Assembly: GCA_963817895.1 (NCBI GenBank)
Contig: CAWFQB010000001.1
Coordinates: 928,001 to 992,000, forward strand
Reading direction: 5' to 3'
Source of the DNA: an uncultured Chthonomonadaceae bacterium
Lineage (GTDB): Bacteria; Armatimonadota; Chthonomonadetes; Chthonomonadales; Chthonomonadaceae
DNA: 64,000 nucleotides
Every line of letters begins with the position of its first letter. Position 1 is the stretch's first letter. Both the position numbers and the translations under genes were made by a program. Shown piece by piece: positions 49,913-59,511 of this stretch. Below the pieces are notes generated by a model. That model was not told the origin of the DNA and ran no database searches. It was given only the letters and a program-made list of their open reading frames with translations.

Positions 49913-52360
49913 ATGGCAGACAAGCAGCGATTGGTCGTCATCGGCAACGGCATGGCAGGGGCGCGGGCGGTGGAAGAGATTCTGACGCGGGGCGGCGGGG
50001 AACAGTTCGACATCACCATGTTTGGCGACGAACCGTATGGCAACTACAACCGTATTCTGCTGTCCAACGTCCTCAACGGCTCGCAGGAGGCGCGAGACAT
50101 TTTCCTCAACCCTCTCGACTGGTATCAGGACAACCACATTCGGCTTCACGCGGGCGTTCGCGTGACCGGCATTGACCGGCAGGCGAAACAGGCGCGGGGC
50201 GCGGACGGAACCACGACACCCTACGACAAACTGCTGATCGCAACCGGCAGCCGCCCGTTCGTGCCACCCATCGTCGGCCTGAAGCGCGCCGATGCAAGCC
50301 CTAAACCGGGCGTATTCGTGTTTCGCACTCTGGACGATTGTACGCATATCGCCGGGTACGCCAACAAATGCCGTCGGGCAGTGGTTATCGGCGGCGGACT
50401 GCTCGGACTGGAAGCGGCGCGGGGCCTGCTCAACTACGGCGTGGAAGTGCATGTCGTCCATTTAGGCGGATGGCTGATGAATCAGCAGGTGGACGCGCAG
50501 GCGGGCGCGATCCTGAAAACCACGATGGAAAAGATGGGCATTCACGTCCATTTGGGCAAGAACACCACTCTCATTGTGGGCGAAGACATGGTGGAGGGCG
50601 TTGTGTTCGCGGATGGCGAGTCCCTGAATTGTGATATGGTAGTGATTTCCGCAGGCATTACGCCCAATGTGGAGCTGGCGCGAGAAGCGGGCCTTTCCAC
50701 GCAGCGGGCCATTATTGTTGACGACCAGATGCGCAGCGTGGATGATGCGGATATTTATGTTGTGGGCGAGTGCGCCCAGCATCGGGGCGTGTTCTACGGG
50801 CTTGTCGCGCCGCTCTGGGAACAGGGGCAGGTTCTAGCTGATCATTTGACGGGCCGCAATCCCAACGCCGCGTATCACGGCTCGAAAGTGGCGACCAAAC
50901 TCAAGGTCATGGGCGTGGAACTGGCCTCGATGGGCATTACGGAACCGACTGAACCGGGCGACGAGGTTGTTCAGTTTTCCGAACCCAAACGGGGCATTTA
51001 CAAGAAACTGATTATTCGCAACGACACGCTGATGGGCGCGATTCTGCTTGGCGACGTGAGCAAAGCCGCGTATCTGATGCAGGCGTTCGACCGGGCGACT
51101 CCGTTGCCGGAAGAGCGCACAACCCTGCTGTTTGACATTGGCGGGCCGAGCAAGCAAATTACGATGCTGGAAATGCCCGACGACGCGCAGGTTTGCAACT
51201 GCAACGGCGTGAGCAAGGGCGTACTTCGGCAATGCGTCCTGAAGGGCAAGCGGAGCGTGAAGGGCGTAATGGAGACCACGCGGGCGGGCATGGGCTGCGG
51301 CTCGTGCAAAGCCCTTGTGAAAGAGATTGTCGAATGGGCCTGCGAGGGGCAGGTGGAAGAAGACCCGTCCGTACACTACTACGTGCCGGGAATTGCCCTG
51401 CGCAAGCCGGAACTGGTTCGCGCCATTCACGAACAGCAGTTGAAATCCGTATCCGCCGTGTTTGCCGCGCTTGCCGATGGCGTGGAGGAGGCGGGCAGCA
51501 AGCCGGGACTGTCTTCCCTGCTGAAAACGCTGTGGGGCGCGGAATACGAGGATGAGCGGGACGCCCGTTTCATCAATGACCGGGTTCACGCCAACATTCA
51601 GAAAGACAGAACGTTCTCCGTCGTGCCGCGCATTTACGGCGGCGTCACGTCCGCCGCGCAGCTAAAGCGAATCGCGGAAGTGGCCGAAAAGTACAACGTG
51701 CCGATGGTGAAAATTACGGGCGGGCAGCGCATAGACCTGCTCGGTATCCCCAAAGAGGATTTACCCGGCGTGTGGCGCGATCTGGATATGCCGTCCGGCC
51801 ATGCGTACGCGAAATCGTTCCGAACGTGCAAAACCTGTGTGGGTACGGAGTTTTGCAGGTACGGCGTGGGCGACAGCACGGGACTTGGCATCAAAATCGA
51901 GCGGCGGTTTCAGGGATTGGAGAGTCCGGCCAAATTGAAACTCGCCACGGCAGGCTGCCCGCGCAACTGTTCCGAGGCGCTGGTGAAAGATGTGGGCGCG
52001 GTTGCCGTCGAGGGCGGCAAATGGGAAATCTACGTGGGCGGCGCGGCGGGGGCGCACGTTCGCAAGGGCGACCTGCTGTGCGTCGTGGACACGCACGAAG
52101 ATGTTCTGCTGCTGATTGGCCGCTTCATGCAGTATTACCGCGAAAACGCCCGCTATCTGGAACGGACGTATGGCTTTGTGGAACGATTGGGAATTGATAA
52201 AATTCGCGCTATCGTGGTTGAAGACAGCGAAGGCATCGCGGCCCGACTGGACGCTTCCATTCAGGAATCGGTAGAAGCTTACGTAGACCCGTGGAAGGAA
52301 GCCGACGCTCCCGCCACTCCCAACCAGTTCATATCCCTGCTCCCGATGGTGGCCGCCTGA
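49913..52360 (+). CDS. nirB: NAD(P)H nitrite reductase large subunit
   Basis: IGNGMAG, GGGLLGLE, CNCNGV..GCGSC, CKTCVG..C, GCPRNC siroheme motif. Confidence 0.96.
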   Translation: MADKQRLVVIGNGMAGARAVEEILTRGGGEQFDITMFGDEPYGNYNRILLSNVLNGSQEARDIFLNPLDWYQDNHIRLHAGVRVTGIDRQAKQARGADGTTTPYDKLLIATGSRPFVPPIVGLKRADASPKPGVFVFRTLDDCTHIAGYANKCRRAVVIGGGLLGLEAARGLLNYGVEVHVVHLGGWLMNQQVDAQAGAILKTTMEKMGIHVHLGKNTTLIVGEDMVEGVVFADGESLNCDMVVISAGITPNVELAREAGLSTQRAIIVDDQMRSVDDADIYVVGECAQHRGVFYGLVAPLWEQGQVLADHLTGRNPNAAYHGSKVATKLKVMGVELASMGITEPTEPGDEVVQFSEPKRGIYKKLIIRNDTLMGAILLGDVSKAAYLMQAFDRATPLPEERTTLLFDIGGPSKQITMLEMPDDAQVCNCNGVSKGVLRQCVLKGKRSVKGVMETTRAGMGCGSCKALVKEIVEWACEGQVEEDPSVHYYVPGIALRKPELVRAIHEQQLKSVSAVFAALADGVEEAGSKPGLSSLLKTLWGAEYEDERDARFINDRVHANIQKDRTFSVVPRIYGGVTSAAQLKRIAEVAEKYNVPMVKITGGQRIDLLGIPKEDLPGVWRDLDMPSGHAYAKSFRTCKTCVGTEFCRYGVGDSTGLGIKIERRFQGLESPAKLKLATAGCPRNCSEALVKDVGAVAVEGGKWEIYVGGAAGAHVRKGDLLCVVDTHEDVLLLIGRFMQYYRENARYLERTYGFVERLGIDKIRAIVVEDSEGIAARLDASIQESVEAYVDPWKEADAPATPNQFISLLPMVAA

Positions 52361-52773
52361 TGACAACAACACTGCAAACACCAGTGGCGGGGCTGGATTT
52401 CGCGCCCGCCAACGCGCTTCCCGACAAGGTCAGTATGTCCGAACACCCAACACCCAATACCGAACACCCAAACGAGTTCCGGCTTGGCCCACTTGCCGCT
52501 ATTCCGCCGGGGGAGGGTCGACAGTTTCAGGTGGAAGGCCGTGACATTGCCGTGTTCCACGCCCGTAACGGCAGCGTCTATGCGACACAGGCGTTTTGCC
52601 CGCATCAGGCGGGGCCGCTTGCGGACGGACTGCTTGGCGGGTCCATCATCGTTTGCCCATTCCACGCATGGAAATTCGATTTGGCGACCGGGCAGCCGCT
52701 GCTGGGAACGTGCAGTATACAAACTTATTCGGTTCGCCTCGCGGAGGATGGCGTGATTGTGCTTTCGCTGTGA
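52360..52773 (+). CDS. nirD: Nitrite reductase small subunit (Rieske)
   Basis: CPH..CPFH Rieske motifs; ATG overlaps the nirB TGA. Confidence 0.88.
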   Translation: MTTTLQTPVAGLDFAPANALPDKVSMSEHPTPNTEHPNEFRLGPLAAIPPGEGRQFQVEGRDIAVFHARNGSVYATQAFCPHQAGPLADGLLGGSIIVCPFHAWKFDLATGQPLLGTCSIQTYSVRLAEDGVIVLSL

Positions 52774-52910
52774 AGCGTATCATTGCTTTATGTTGCCTGA
52801 AGTTAATGTTGGCCTCCCTCAATTCTGGAGGGAGGCTGATGTTAAATAAGATATGCGAATGGCTGTTCCCGTACAAAAACGGAAATTTTTATGATTTTTT
52901 TGACATAGCC

Positions 52911-52939
52911 TTGACAAACGGGCGTGTATTCAGGATACT
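52911..52939 (+). promoter_or_regulatory. Sigma-70-type promoter of the prepilin gene leader
   Basis: TTGACA-N17-GATACT. Confidence 0.55.
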
Positions 52940-52966
52940 AGACGCATAAGACAGTTAAACATACCA

Positions 52967-53035
52967 GGCAATGCCGCCACGCGACGAGAAACCCACACCT
53001 TCGAGTGTTCTCATTCCGCGTGGCGTTTTCGTTTT
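52967..53035 (+). terminator. Leader terminator/attenuator with an overlapping ANTAR-like hairpin
   Basis: CGCCACGCG...CGCGTGGCG followed by TTTTCGTTTT; GGC-AATGCC-GCC overlaps the 5' stem. Confidence 0.5.
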
Positions 53036-53238
53036 CGCGTTTGAAATGTTTGTTGACCTGTCTGAATGTCGAAAGAGGGTGATGTATCGTTTGTAGAGAA
53101 TTGGCGTTGCGCACTCACGGACTTCTTTTTTTCCTATCTTATTCGCCAATGTCGTCGTGTCCTGAAGTTTGTTCCTGCTCAGGAAGCGTTTACTTTCCGG
53201 TTTGTCCTGTCAAACCATTTCTCTAATGGAGAGAACTC

Positions 53239-54099
53239 ATGAAGCGAAATCTTAAATCAGGTTTTACCCTGATCGAGCTGCTTGTGGTGATTGCTATTAT
53301 CGCAATCCTTGCAGCGATCCTGTTCCCGGTCTTTGCCCAGGCGCGTCAGGCCGCGCGCGGCACGTCCTCGCAAAGCAACCTGCGCCAGCAGTCGCTCGGC
53401 ATCATAATGTACGCGCAGGATTATGACGAGACATTCCCCCTTGACCATAACTGGGGCGCCAACGGCCCGATTTCCATCGGTGGCAGTGTGCTGACCATGT
53501 GGGCCTGGGACATTCTGCCGTATGAAAAGAACGTGCAAATCTATGGCGATCCGCTGTCTAAGGCGATTGCCGCCAATTTCTCGCCCGCCAGTATCTGGTG
53601 GCCGTATCTCACGCAGTACGGGTACAACTACTCGGCTTTCTCCCCCGTAACGAGTACCTCAACAACTCCCTGGACGCGCACTCCGTCCACGATGGCGACG
53701 TTGGCTCGTCCGTCCACGCTGATTATGCTTGCGGGCAAGGCGGGGTATGCCGATTTCAACAACAGCCTGTGGTGGTATGGCCCCGGCACGCTGACCACGC
53801 TGGGGACTGTGGACCCGCCCAAGTGCAGCGCCGGCCCTTCCATCATCTGCTTCGACAGTTGGGGCACGGGCGGCTTTTGGGATGCGACCTCCGGGCTGCC
53901 CGATTATGAGACCGGCCGCTATACGGGCGGCGTGACGGTTCGCAAAGCGGGCAACACAAACTGCGCGTTCGCGGACGGGCATGTCAAGTTTATTCAGCCC
54001 GGCCAGGCCGCTGTGGGAACCAACTGGAGCAAAACCACCGCTGCCTCTTCTCTCACCGTCACCGACAAGACCATTTACATGTGGGCGCCAGGACCATAA
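53239..54099 (+). CDS. Prepilin-type N-terminal cleavage/methylation, DUF1559-like and H-X9-DG-like protein
   Basis: [39 protein letters not shown]. Confidence 0.92.
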   Translation: MKRNLKSGFTLIELLVVIAIIAILAAILFPVFAQARQAARGTSSQSNLRQQSLGIIMYAQDYDETFPLDHNWGANGPISIGGSVLTMWAWDILPYEKNVQIYGDPLSKAIAANFSPASIWWPYLTQYGYNYSAFSPVTSTSTTPWTRTPSTMATLARPSTLIMLAGKAGYADFNNSLWWYGPGTLTTLGTVDPPKCSAGPSIICFDSWGTGGFWDATSGLPDYETGRYTGGVTVRKAGNTNCAFADGHVKFIQPGQAAVGTNWSKTTAASSLTVTDKTIYMWAPGP

Positions 54100-54101
54100 C
54101 T

Positions 54102-54341
54102 ATGAAAACACGCTGCATTGCATTGCTTCTTTGTGGGATCGCCAGCGTCGCGCTGATTGGGTGCGGCGGCAAATCGGACACGGACGCGTCTGCGCCCCCT
54201 CCAGTGGCAACGGCCCCCGCTACTTCGGCTCCCGCTGCTAAGGCAGATGGGACCGCAGCCCCGTCAGGCGCCGCAAACGTCGGATTAAACCCCAACTACA
54301 AGGGTTCTGCCGATGGAGGCATAGGAGGCAAGGCCAAATAG
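54102..54341 (+). CDS. Small lipoprotein
   Basis: Lipobox LIGC followed by a Pro/Ala-rich tail. Confidence 0.75.
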   Translation: MKTRCIALLLCGIASVALIGCGGKSDTDASAPPPVATAPATSAPAAKADGTAAPSGAANVGLNPNYKGSADGGIGGKAK

Positions 54342-54371
54342 TTTACGGCCCTGATTCCGCCTATTCTGAAA

Positions 54372-54413
54372 ATGCCGCGTCGTGAAGTCCATCTTCACGA
54401 CGCGGCATCTTTT
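54372..54413 (+). terminator. Intrinsic terminator
   Basis: 16-bp perfect stem ATGCCGCGTCGTGAAG/CTTCACGACGCGGCAT followed by CTTTT. Confidence 0.8.
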
Positions 54414-54556
54414 GCTCTCTTTCCATGCTTCACGGCTTGACGCGATAAAGCGCGTGTGTCATAATCCGGTTTCTGCGGCCAAGCCGATAGTTCTTTTTGT
54501 TCTACGTCCGCAAAGTCGCGGTCGGTTGTTTCTCAAGAAAGCGCCGACCTGCCGTT

Positions 54557-55294
54557 ATGCGTCACCTTTTGCTGTGCGTTCCGAATGTTTCGGGCGACAC
54601 GCTGCAACAGAATACCCTGCTGTCACGCCTGGCCTGCGATTTGCGCGCGTCCGGCAATGATGTGGCCTGCGTCAGTCTGGACAGTCCCGCCAATGCGCTT
54701 CTGGACGCGCTACAGCAGGCGTTTGGCGGGCGTCCGCCCGATGTGATGCTTGTGGATGTGTCCCGCGCGCCCGGCTGCCTGCCCCTGCGTTATGCGCGGC
54801 GGCAGTATCAGCACGTCTGGGGGCCGGACGCCCGCTATCCTCTCAGCCTCGCTCTCTTATCTCCTGCCCATCTCGAACAGCGCGAATGGCTGCCGTATGC
54901 CGACGATTTCCTGCTTCCCACCCACACGCCGCAGGAAGCTCTGGCCCGCATCACCCAACTCGCGTTTCGGCATCGGCAAATACCCTCCGACAACCTGTTG
55001 AATTTCGCCGATCTGACGCTGGATATAGACGGCAAACGCGCGCTCGATTTGCAATCCCTGCCCCTGCCGCTCAAGCCCCGCGAGTACGAACTGCTGGAAT
55101 TTCTGGTTGTGCATCGGGGCAAATTCTTTTCGCGCGACCGCCTGCTGGATTTTGTGTGGGGCATAGAATTCGAGGGCTATGAGCGCACGGTAGATATTCA
55201 CGTCAGCCGCCTGCGTTCCAAACTGCCGCCGGAAGCCGCATCCCGCCTCGAAACGCGCCGGGGTACCGGCTACGGCTTTGCCAATGTCTTCTAA
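54557..55294 (+). CDS. OmpR/PhoB-type winged-helix regulator with degenerate receiver domain (GlnR-like)
   Basis: LKPREYELL, ERTVDIHVSRLRSKL, TRRGTGY; no adjacent kinase; TTGACG-N17-CATAAT upstream. Confidence 0.82.
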   Translation: MRHLLLCVPNVSGDTLQQNTLLSRLACDLRASGNDVACVSLDSPANALLDALQQAFGGRPPDVMLVDVSRAPGCLPLRYARRQYQHVWGPDARYPLSLALLSPAHLEQREWLPYADDFLLPTHTPQEALARITQLAFRHRQIPSDNLLNFADLTLDIDGKRALDLQSLPLPLKPREYELLEFLVVHRGKFFSRDRLLDFVWGIEFEGYERTVDIHVSRLRSKLPPEAASRLETRRGTGYGFANVF

Positions 55295-55343
55295 ACAAAC
55301 GACTGTTGGCACCGCCAGGGATTGAAAATCTCCGTCTGAAAAA

Positions 55344-55401
55344 GCAAGCGTCCTGCGGACGCAACCCTGTATCCAGATTCCCGCGTCCGCAGGACGCTTG
55401 C
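55344..55401. repeat. 19-bp inverted repeat (REP-like) between convergent genes
   Basis: GCAAGCGTCCTGCGGACGC ... GCGTCCGCAGGACGCTTGC. Confidence 0.7.
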
Positions 55402-55454
55402 ACTTTCCTGCCGGGTGTTTTCAACACCGGCCTATTTGGATAGACTCTTAAGAA

Positions 55455-56366
55455 TTATTGACTTCCCACGCCCTTCACGCGCATTTTCATGCCGTAGATA
55501 CTTTTGCTGGCCGTGATGAACAGCGTGTGCATATCTTTGCCGCCGAAGCACACGTTTCCCGTCCAGTCCTCCGCAATGGGGATATGCTCGATCTGCTTGC
55601 CGGTTTTGTCGAAGACAGTCACGCCCTGTCCGGTGAGGTACACATTGCCCTCATTGTCAATGGTCATGCCATCAGAGCCGAGTTCGCAAAACAGATGTTT
55701 ATTCTTGAGTTCGCCATTTTTCTGAATGTCATAGGCGTAGGTTTTTTTGGCGTCTATGTCCGCCACATACAGCGTTTTGCCGTCGGGAGTGCCGATGATG
55801 CCGTTGGGCTGTGTCAGGTCGCTGACGACGCGCGTCAGTTTCTTGTGGTCGGGCGGGAGGTAGTAGACGCCGTGAACGTCCTGCTCAATCGGCCCGCGCT
55901 TCCAGTAGTCGCGCTTGTAGAACGGGTCGGAGAAATACAGGCCGCCATCCGGGCGCAGCCACACGTCGTTCGGCCCGTTGAGCAGTTTCTGGTTGTAATC
56001 CTTGATGACAACCGTTTTTTTGCCGTCCGGCGAAATGCGCCACATCTCGTTCTTTTCGTCCGCGCAGGCCCACAGGTCGCCATGCTTATCGAAGCACAGA
56101 CCATTCGAGCGTCCGCACGGCTCCATAAACTTCGTCAATTTACCGTCCGTGTCCCACTTCCAGATGCGGTCATTGGGCTGGTCGGTGAAGTATACGTTGC
56201 CATGCGCGTCCGACGCCGGCCCCTCCGTGAAGAGGAACCCGTCCCCCAACTTTTCCAGTTTGGCTCCCGATGCGATAATGCCCTGCTGACCCGCCCCGGC
56301 GATACTCGCCACAACGCCTAACGCCGCAAAACACGCCAGCGCCCCCATCCATTTCAAATGTAGCAT
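55455..56366 (-). CDS. SMP-30/gluconolactonase/LRE family protein
   Basis: FTEGP, SNGL, NGPND, PNGI, DGMTID, NVCFGG. Confidence 0.92.
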   Translation of the reverse strand: MLHLKWMGALACFAALGVVASIAGAGQQGIIASGAKLEKLGDGFLFTEGPASDAHGNVYFTDQPNDRIWKWDTDGKLTKFMEPCGRSNGLCFDKHGDLWACADEKNEMWRISPDGKKTVVIKDYNQKLLNGPNDVWLRPDGGLYFSDPFYKRDYWKRGPIEQDVHGVYYLPPDHKKLTRVVSDLTQPNGIIGTPDGKTLYVADIDAKKTYAYDIQKNGELKNKHLFCELGSDGMTIDNEGNVYLTGQGVTVFDKTGKQIEHIPIAEDWTGNVCFGGKDMHTLFITASKSIYGMKMRVKGVGSQ

Positions 56367-56545
56367 TTCGTGTAAACTCCGTTCACTGGTGATTGGTGGC
56401 TGGTGGTTGGCTGCCGCGCCAACGAAATACGCCTTCCAATCCGCATGATATTCTCTGCAAGGTAGATACGACACAAGGGTCGCAATGCCCTGCACAGTAA
56501 GGAAAGATATGGTAAGATGCTGAAAAAGATGCGAGGAGACATACA

Positions 56546-57763
56546 TTGAAGTACGGGAGACAGGTTAGAAAATTGGCGATACCGGCGGCAGGGGTGTTGT
56601 GCCTTCTGATTTTGCGAAGCGGGCAGGCGCGACAGAAACCGTCCCTGCCCGCGCAAAACACGACTGCGAAATGGACGCATGGACTGCCCGCCCGTCCCGA
56701 CTATTTTCCCATTGCCGTGTGGCTGCAAAGTCCCGCCAATGCGGCGAAGTACAAAGCGGCGGGTATTAACCTCTATGTCGCGCTGTGGCAGGGGCCGACG
56801 GAAGAGCAGCTTGCCGCGCTCAAAGCCGCCGGTATGCCGGTGATTTGCGAACAAAACGCGGTCGGATTGGCGCACAAAGACGACGCTACGATTGTCGGCT
56901 GGATGCACGGCGACGAACCGGACAACGCGCAGGCGATACTCGATCCCAAAACCGGCAAGACGACGTATGGCCCCTGCATCCCGCCTGCTCGCATCGTTGC
57001 GGATTACGAGAAGTTGCGAGCGCAGGACCCCACGCGCCCCATTATGCTGAACCTGGGGCAGGGCGTGGCGAATGATAGTTGGATGGGACGCGGCGCGGGC
57101 GCATCCCTGAAGGATTATGAAACGTATGTCAACGGCAGCGATATCGTCTCCTTCGACGTGTACCCAATCGCGGGCATGGACAAGACCGACGGGGAGAATT
57201 ATCTGTGGGTTGTGCCAAAGGGCGTGGATCGGCTTCAACAATGGACAGGCGGACGCAAAACCGTGTGGAACTGTATTGAGTGTACGCGCATCGGCAGCGG
57301 CAAGAAGCCCACACCCGAACAGGCCCGCGCCGAAACATGGATGGCGCTGATTCACGGTTCGCGCGGCCTGATCTACTTTGTTCATGAGTTCGCGCCGAAG
57401 TTCAACGAACACGCCCTGCTCGACGACCCGGAAATGCTGACAGGCGTGACCGCGACCAACCGGCAAATTCAGACGCTCGCGCCGGTTCTGAACAGTCCCA
57501 CTCTGCCGTCCGAGGCGGCTGTCCAATCCTCTTCCACGCAAATGCCCATTGATATCATGGTAAAGCGGCAGGGCAAGGCGACCTATGTTTTTGCAGTCGG
57601 GATGCGCAACGGCAACGCGCAGGGAACTTTCACGCTTCACAATCCGCCCCCGACTGCGCATGTCGAAGTGTTAGGCGAATCGCGAACGCTTCCTATTATA
57701 AAGGGAGGGTTCACGGATGCTTTCAAACCCTATGCCGTACATTTATACCGCATTGCGCCCTGA
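56546..57763 (+). CDS. Secreted glycoside hydrolase-like protein
   Basis: WMHGDEPDN, DIVSFDVYP, WMALIHGSRGLIYF. Confidence 0.7.
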   Translation: MKYGRQVRKLAIPAAGVLCLLILRSGQARQKPSLPAQNTTAKWTHGLPARPDYFPIAVWLQSPANAAKYKAAGINLYVALWQGPTEEQLAALKAAGMPVICEQNAVGLAHKDDATIVGWMHGDEPDNAQAILDPKTGKTTYGPCIPPARIVADYEKLRAQDPTRPIMLNLGQGVANDSWMGRGAGASLKDYETYVNGSDIVSFDVYPIAGMDKTDGENYLWVVPKGVDRLQQWTGGRKTVWNCIECTRIGSGKKPTPEQARAETWMALIHGSRGLIYFVHEFAPKFNEHALLDDPEMLTGVTATNRQIQTLAPVLNSPTLPSEAAVQSSSTQMPIDIMVKRQGKATYVFAVGMRNGNAQGTFTLHNPPPTAHVEVLGESRTLPIIKGGFTDAFKPYAVHLYRIAP

Positions 57764-57779
57764 CCAGCCCACCGTCAAG

Positions 57780-57837
57780 GTAGGGGCGCTGCTTGCTGCG
57801 CCTTTTGGGAGGAGGGTTCAGCAAGCAGAACCCCTAC
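57780..57837. repeat. GTAG-family REP doublet (REPIN-like)
   Basis: GTAGGGGCGCTGCTTGCTGCGCC ... GGGTTCAGCAAGCAGAACCCCTAC. Confidence 0.7.
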
Positions 57838-57876
57838 AAATTACCCTCACGTTCACCCTTGACAGACTACTCGCCA

Positions 57877-59028
57877 CTAGCCACTCTGATTGCGCCCTTT
57901 CCATTGCCCGCCCTGCCCCCGATGATGCCGCCATGCGGAGAGCAGCGTTGCCCACAAATACAGGCAGGCCGTGAGCGGTAGCGCGAAGGCCCACAGGGGA
58001 GAACGGCGATAAAAGCGCAGCATGGGAAGGTAGGTCGCGCTCATCAGCAGCCATGTTACGGCGCCCAAAACGGCAGCCCATCCACCGGCAAGCAGCAGCA
58101 GGGGCGGCAATAGAAACGTCAGAAACAGGCCGAACACGCAGCCGAACAGACGCAGGGGCGAGTAGTTCAACTGCGTGTACGCGGTACGGGCGATGACATG
58201 AACGATTTCGGACAGGCTGCCGTAACGGCGCGTGCTTGTGGACGTGTCGCTCAGGCCGAGCCAGATGTTATGCCCGCCCGACTTGACCGCCCGCGCCAGA
58301 GCGCAGTCGTCAATCAGTTCGTTTTGGATCGTCGTCAGCCCGCCGATGCGTTCCAGAGCGGTTCGGCGCAGCAGCATCGCGCCGCCCGCCGCGCCCGCGA
58401 GGGGATTGCGCCTGTCGTTGACGCGCCGGAACGGGTACAGCATCTTGAAGAAAAACACGAACGCGGGGATCATCAGTTTTTCCGCCCGCGATTGGCATTG
58501 CAGGCGCACCATGAAGGAGACGAGATCGCAGTTCCCGGCGTGGGCGCGACTGACCATTTCCCGTACCGCTCCCGCTCCGCGCGTAATGTCGGCGTCGCTG
58601 AACAAAACATATTCTGCCCCATCCCCGCCGTCCAATCCCCGTGTCATGCCCTGCTGCATCGCCCACACTTTGCCCGTCCAACCCGGCGGCAGGGGTTGCG
58701 CGGCCACAATTCGCAAATCCGCGTCCCGCCCCAAATCGCGCGCCGTTTGTCGCGCGATTTCCGCCGTGCCGTCGTCGCTGTGATCGTCCACAACCACAAC
58801 GCGCAGAACAGTGGGGTAGTCCTGCGCCCACAGCGAGCGCAGGGTGTCGCCGATGCATTCCGCCTCATTGCGGGCGGGAATGAGGACGGTCACGCGGGGC
58901 CATTCGGGAGGCGCGGGCGGAACCAATTCCCGGTCTACGCGCCAGAAACCGCCCTGCGCGAAGGCCAGCGCAAGCCAGATAGTCGCCACAAGCGCGGCAA
59001 GCAGCAGCCAAAGAGTGTTCAAAGACAT
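57877..59028 (-). CDS. hpnB: Hopanoid-associated GT2 glycosyltransferase (HpnB-like)
   Basis: IPARNEA, VDDHSDDGT, PPGWTGKVWA, DADI, LIDDCALA, IARTAYTQL, GGQWKGR. Confidence 0.85.
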   Translation of the reverse strand: MSLNTLWLLLAALVATIWLALAFAQGGFWRVDRELVPPAPPEWPRVTVLIPARNEAECIGDTLRSLWAQDYPTVLRVVVVDDHSDDGTAEIARQTARDLGRDADLRIVAAQPLPPGWTGKVWAMQQGMTRGLDGGDGAEYVLFSDADITRGAGAVREMVSRAHAGNCDLVSFMVRLQCQSRAEKLMIPAFVFFFKMLYPFRRVNDRRNPLAGAAGGAMLLRRTALERIGGLTTIQNELIDDCALARAVKSGGHNIWLGLSDTSTSTRRYGSLSEIVHVIARTAYTQLNYSPLRLFGCVFGLFLTFLLPPLLLLAGGWAAVLGAVTWLLMSATYLPMLRFYRRSPLWAFALPLTACLYLWATLLSAWRHHRGQGGQWKGRNQSG

Positions 59029-59086
59029 GCCACAGCATAGCCCAAAAACCTGACAGTCCGCAAGTTCCGGCGGGCATAAGGCAGGG

Positions 59087-59470
59087 ACGCATCAAATGGG
59101 AAAAGAAAAAGAGTATGTAGAGACAGCGTCGAAATATTGGCAATGCAGCGCTTCCAGCCCGGTGTCTCGTTGTGTCAAGTTTTTATGTAGAGGCGTCGTG
59201 ACCTCAAGCGCGTCAAGGCGAACGGGGAGAGTGACCAGGCATCTTCCAGCACCTCCCTTCCAGGTTAGATTGTCGAGAGTTCATCGTTGCCAGGAACTCC
59301 GAACTTTCAACATCCCGCCGCCTGGCTAGTTAATACACGCCATTAGTAGACGTGAGTATGCGTTTAGACGAGGCGAGCGCAGAAAATGTTCATTGTTTCC
59401 GCTATTTACGCCGAAACTTTTCTACATTTCTGCGCATCTTTTCTGAAATGAGCAACAAGGAGGAGGGCGC
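59087..59470 (-). repeat. Dispersed non-coding element, copy 3
   Basis: Core at 59114-59178, ORF at 59213-59242, promoter motif at 59365-59391. Confidence 0.9.
59213..59242 (-). CDS. Putative 9-aa micro-peptide MPGHSPRSP
   Basis: Same SD, length and RSP-stop ending as copies 1 and 2. Confidence 0.55.
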   Translation of the reverse strand: MPGHSPRSP

Positions 59471-59511
59471 AGGCGCAGCACAGTGACGAATGACCCGCGA
59501 CGGGAGAGAGG

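Noticed and set aside
59096..59329. Longer ORFs across the element (59096-59329 and 890-1159)
   Set aside because: Equivalent frames in the other copies have stops or indels; only the 9-codon ORF is conserved.
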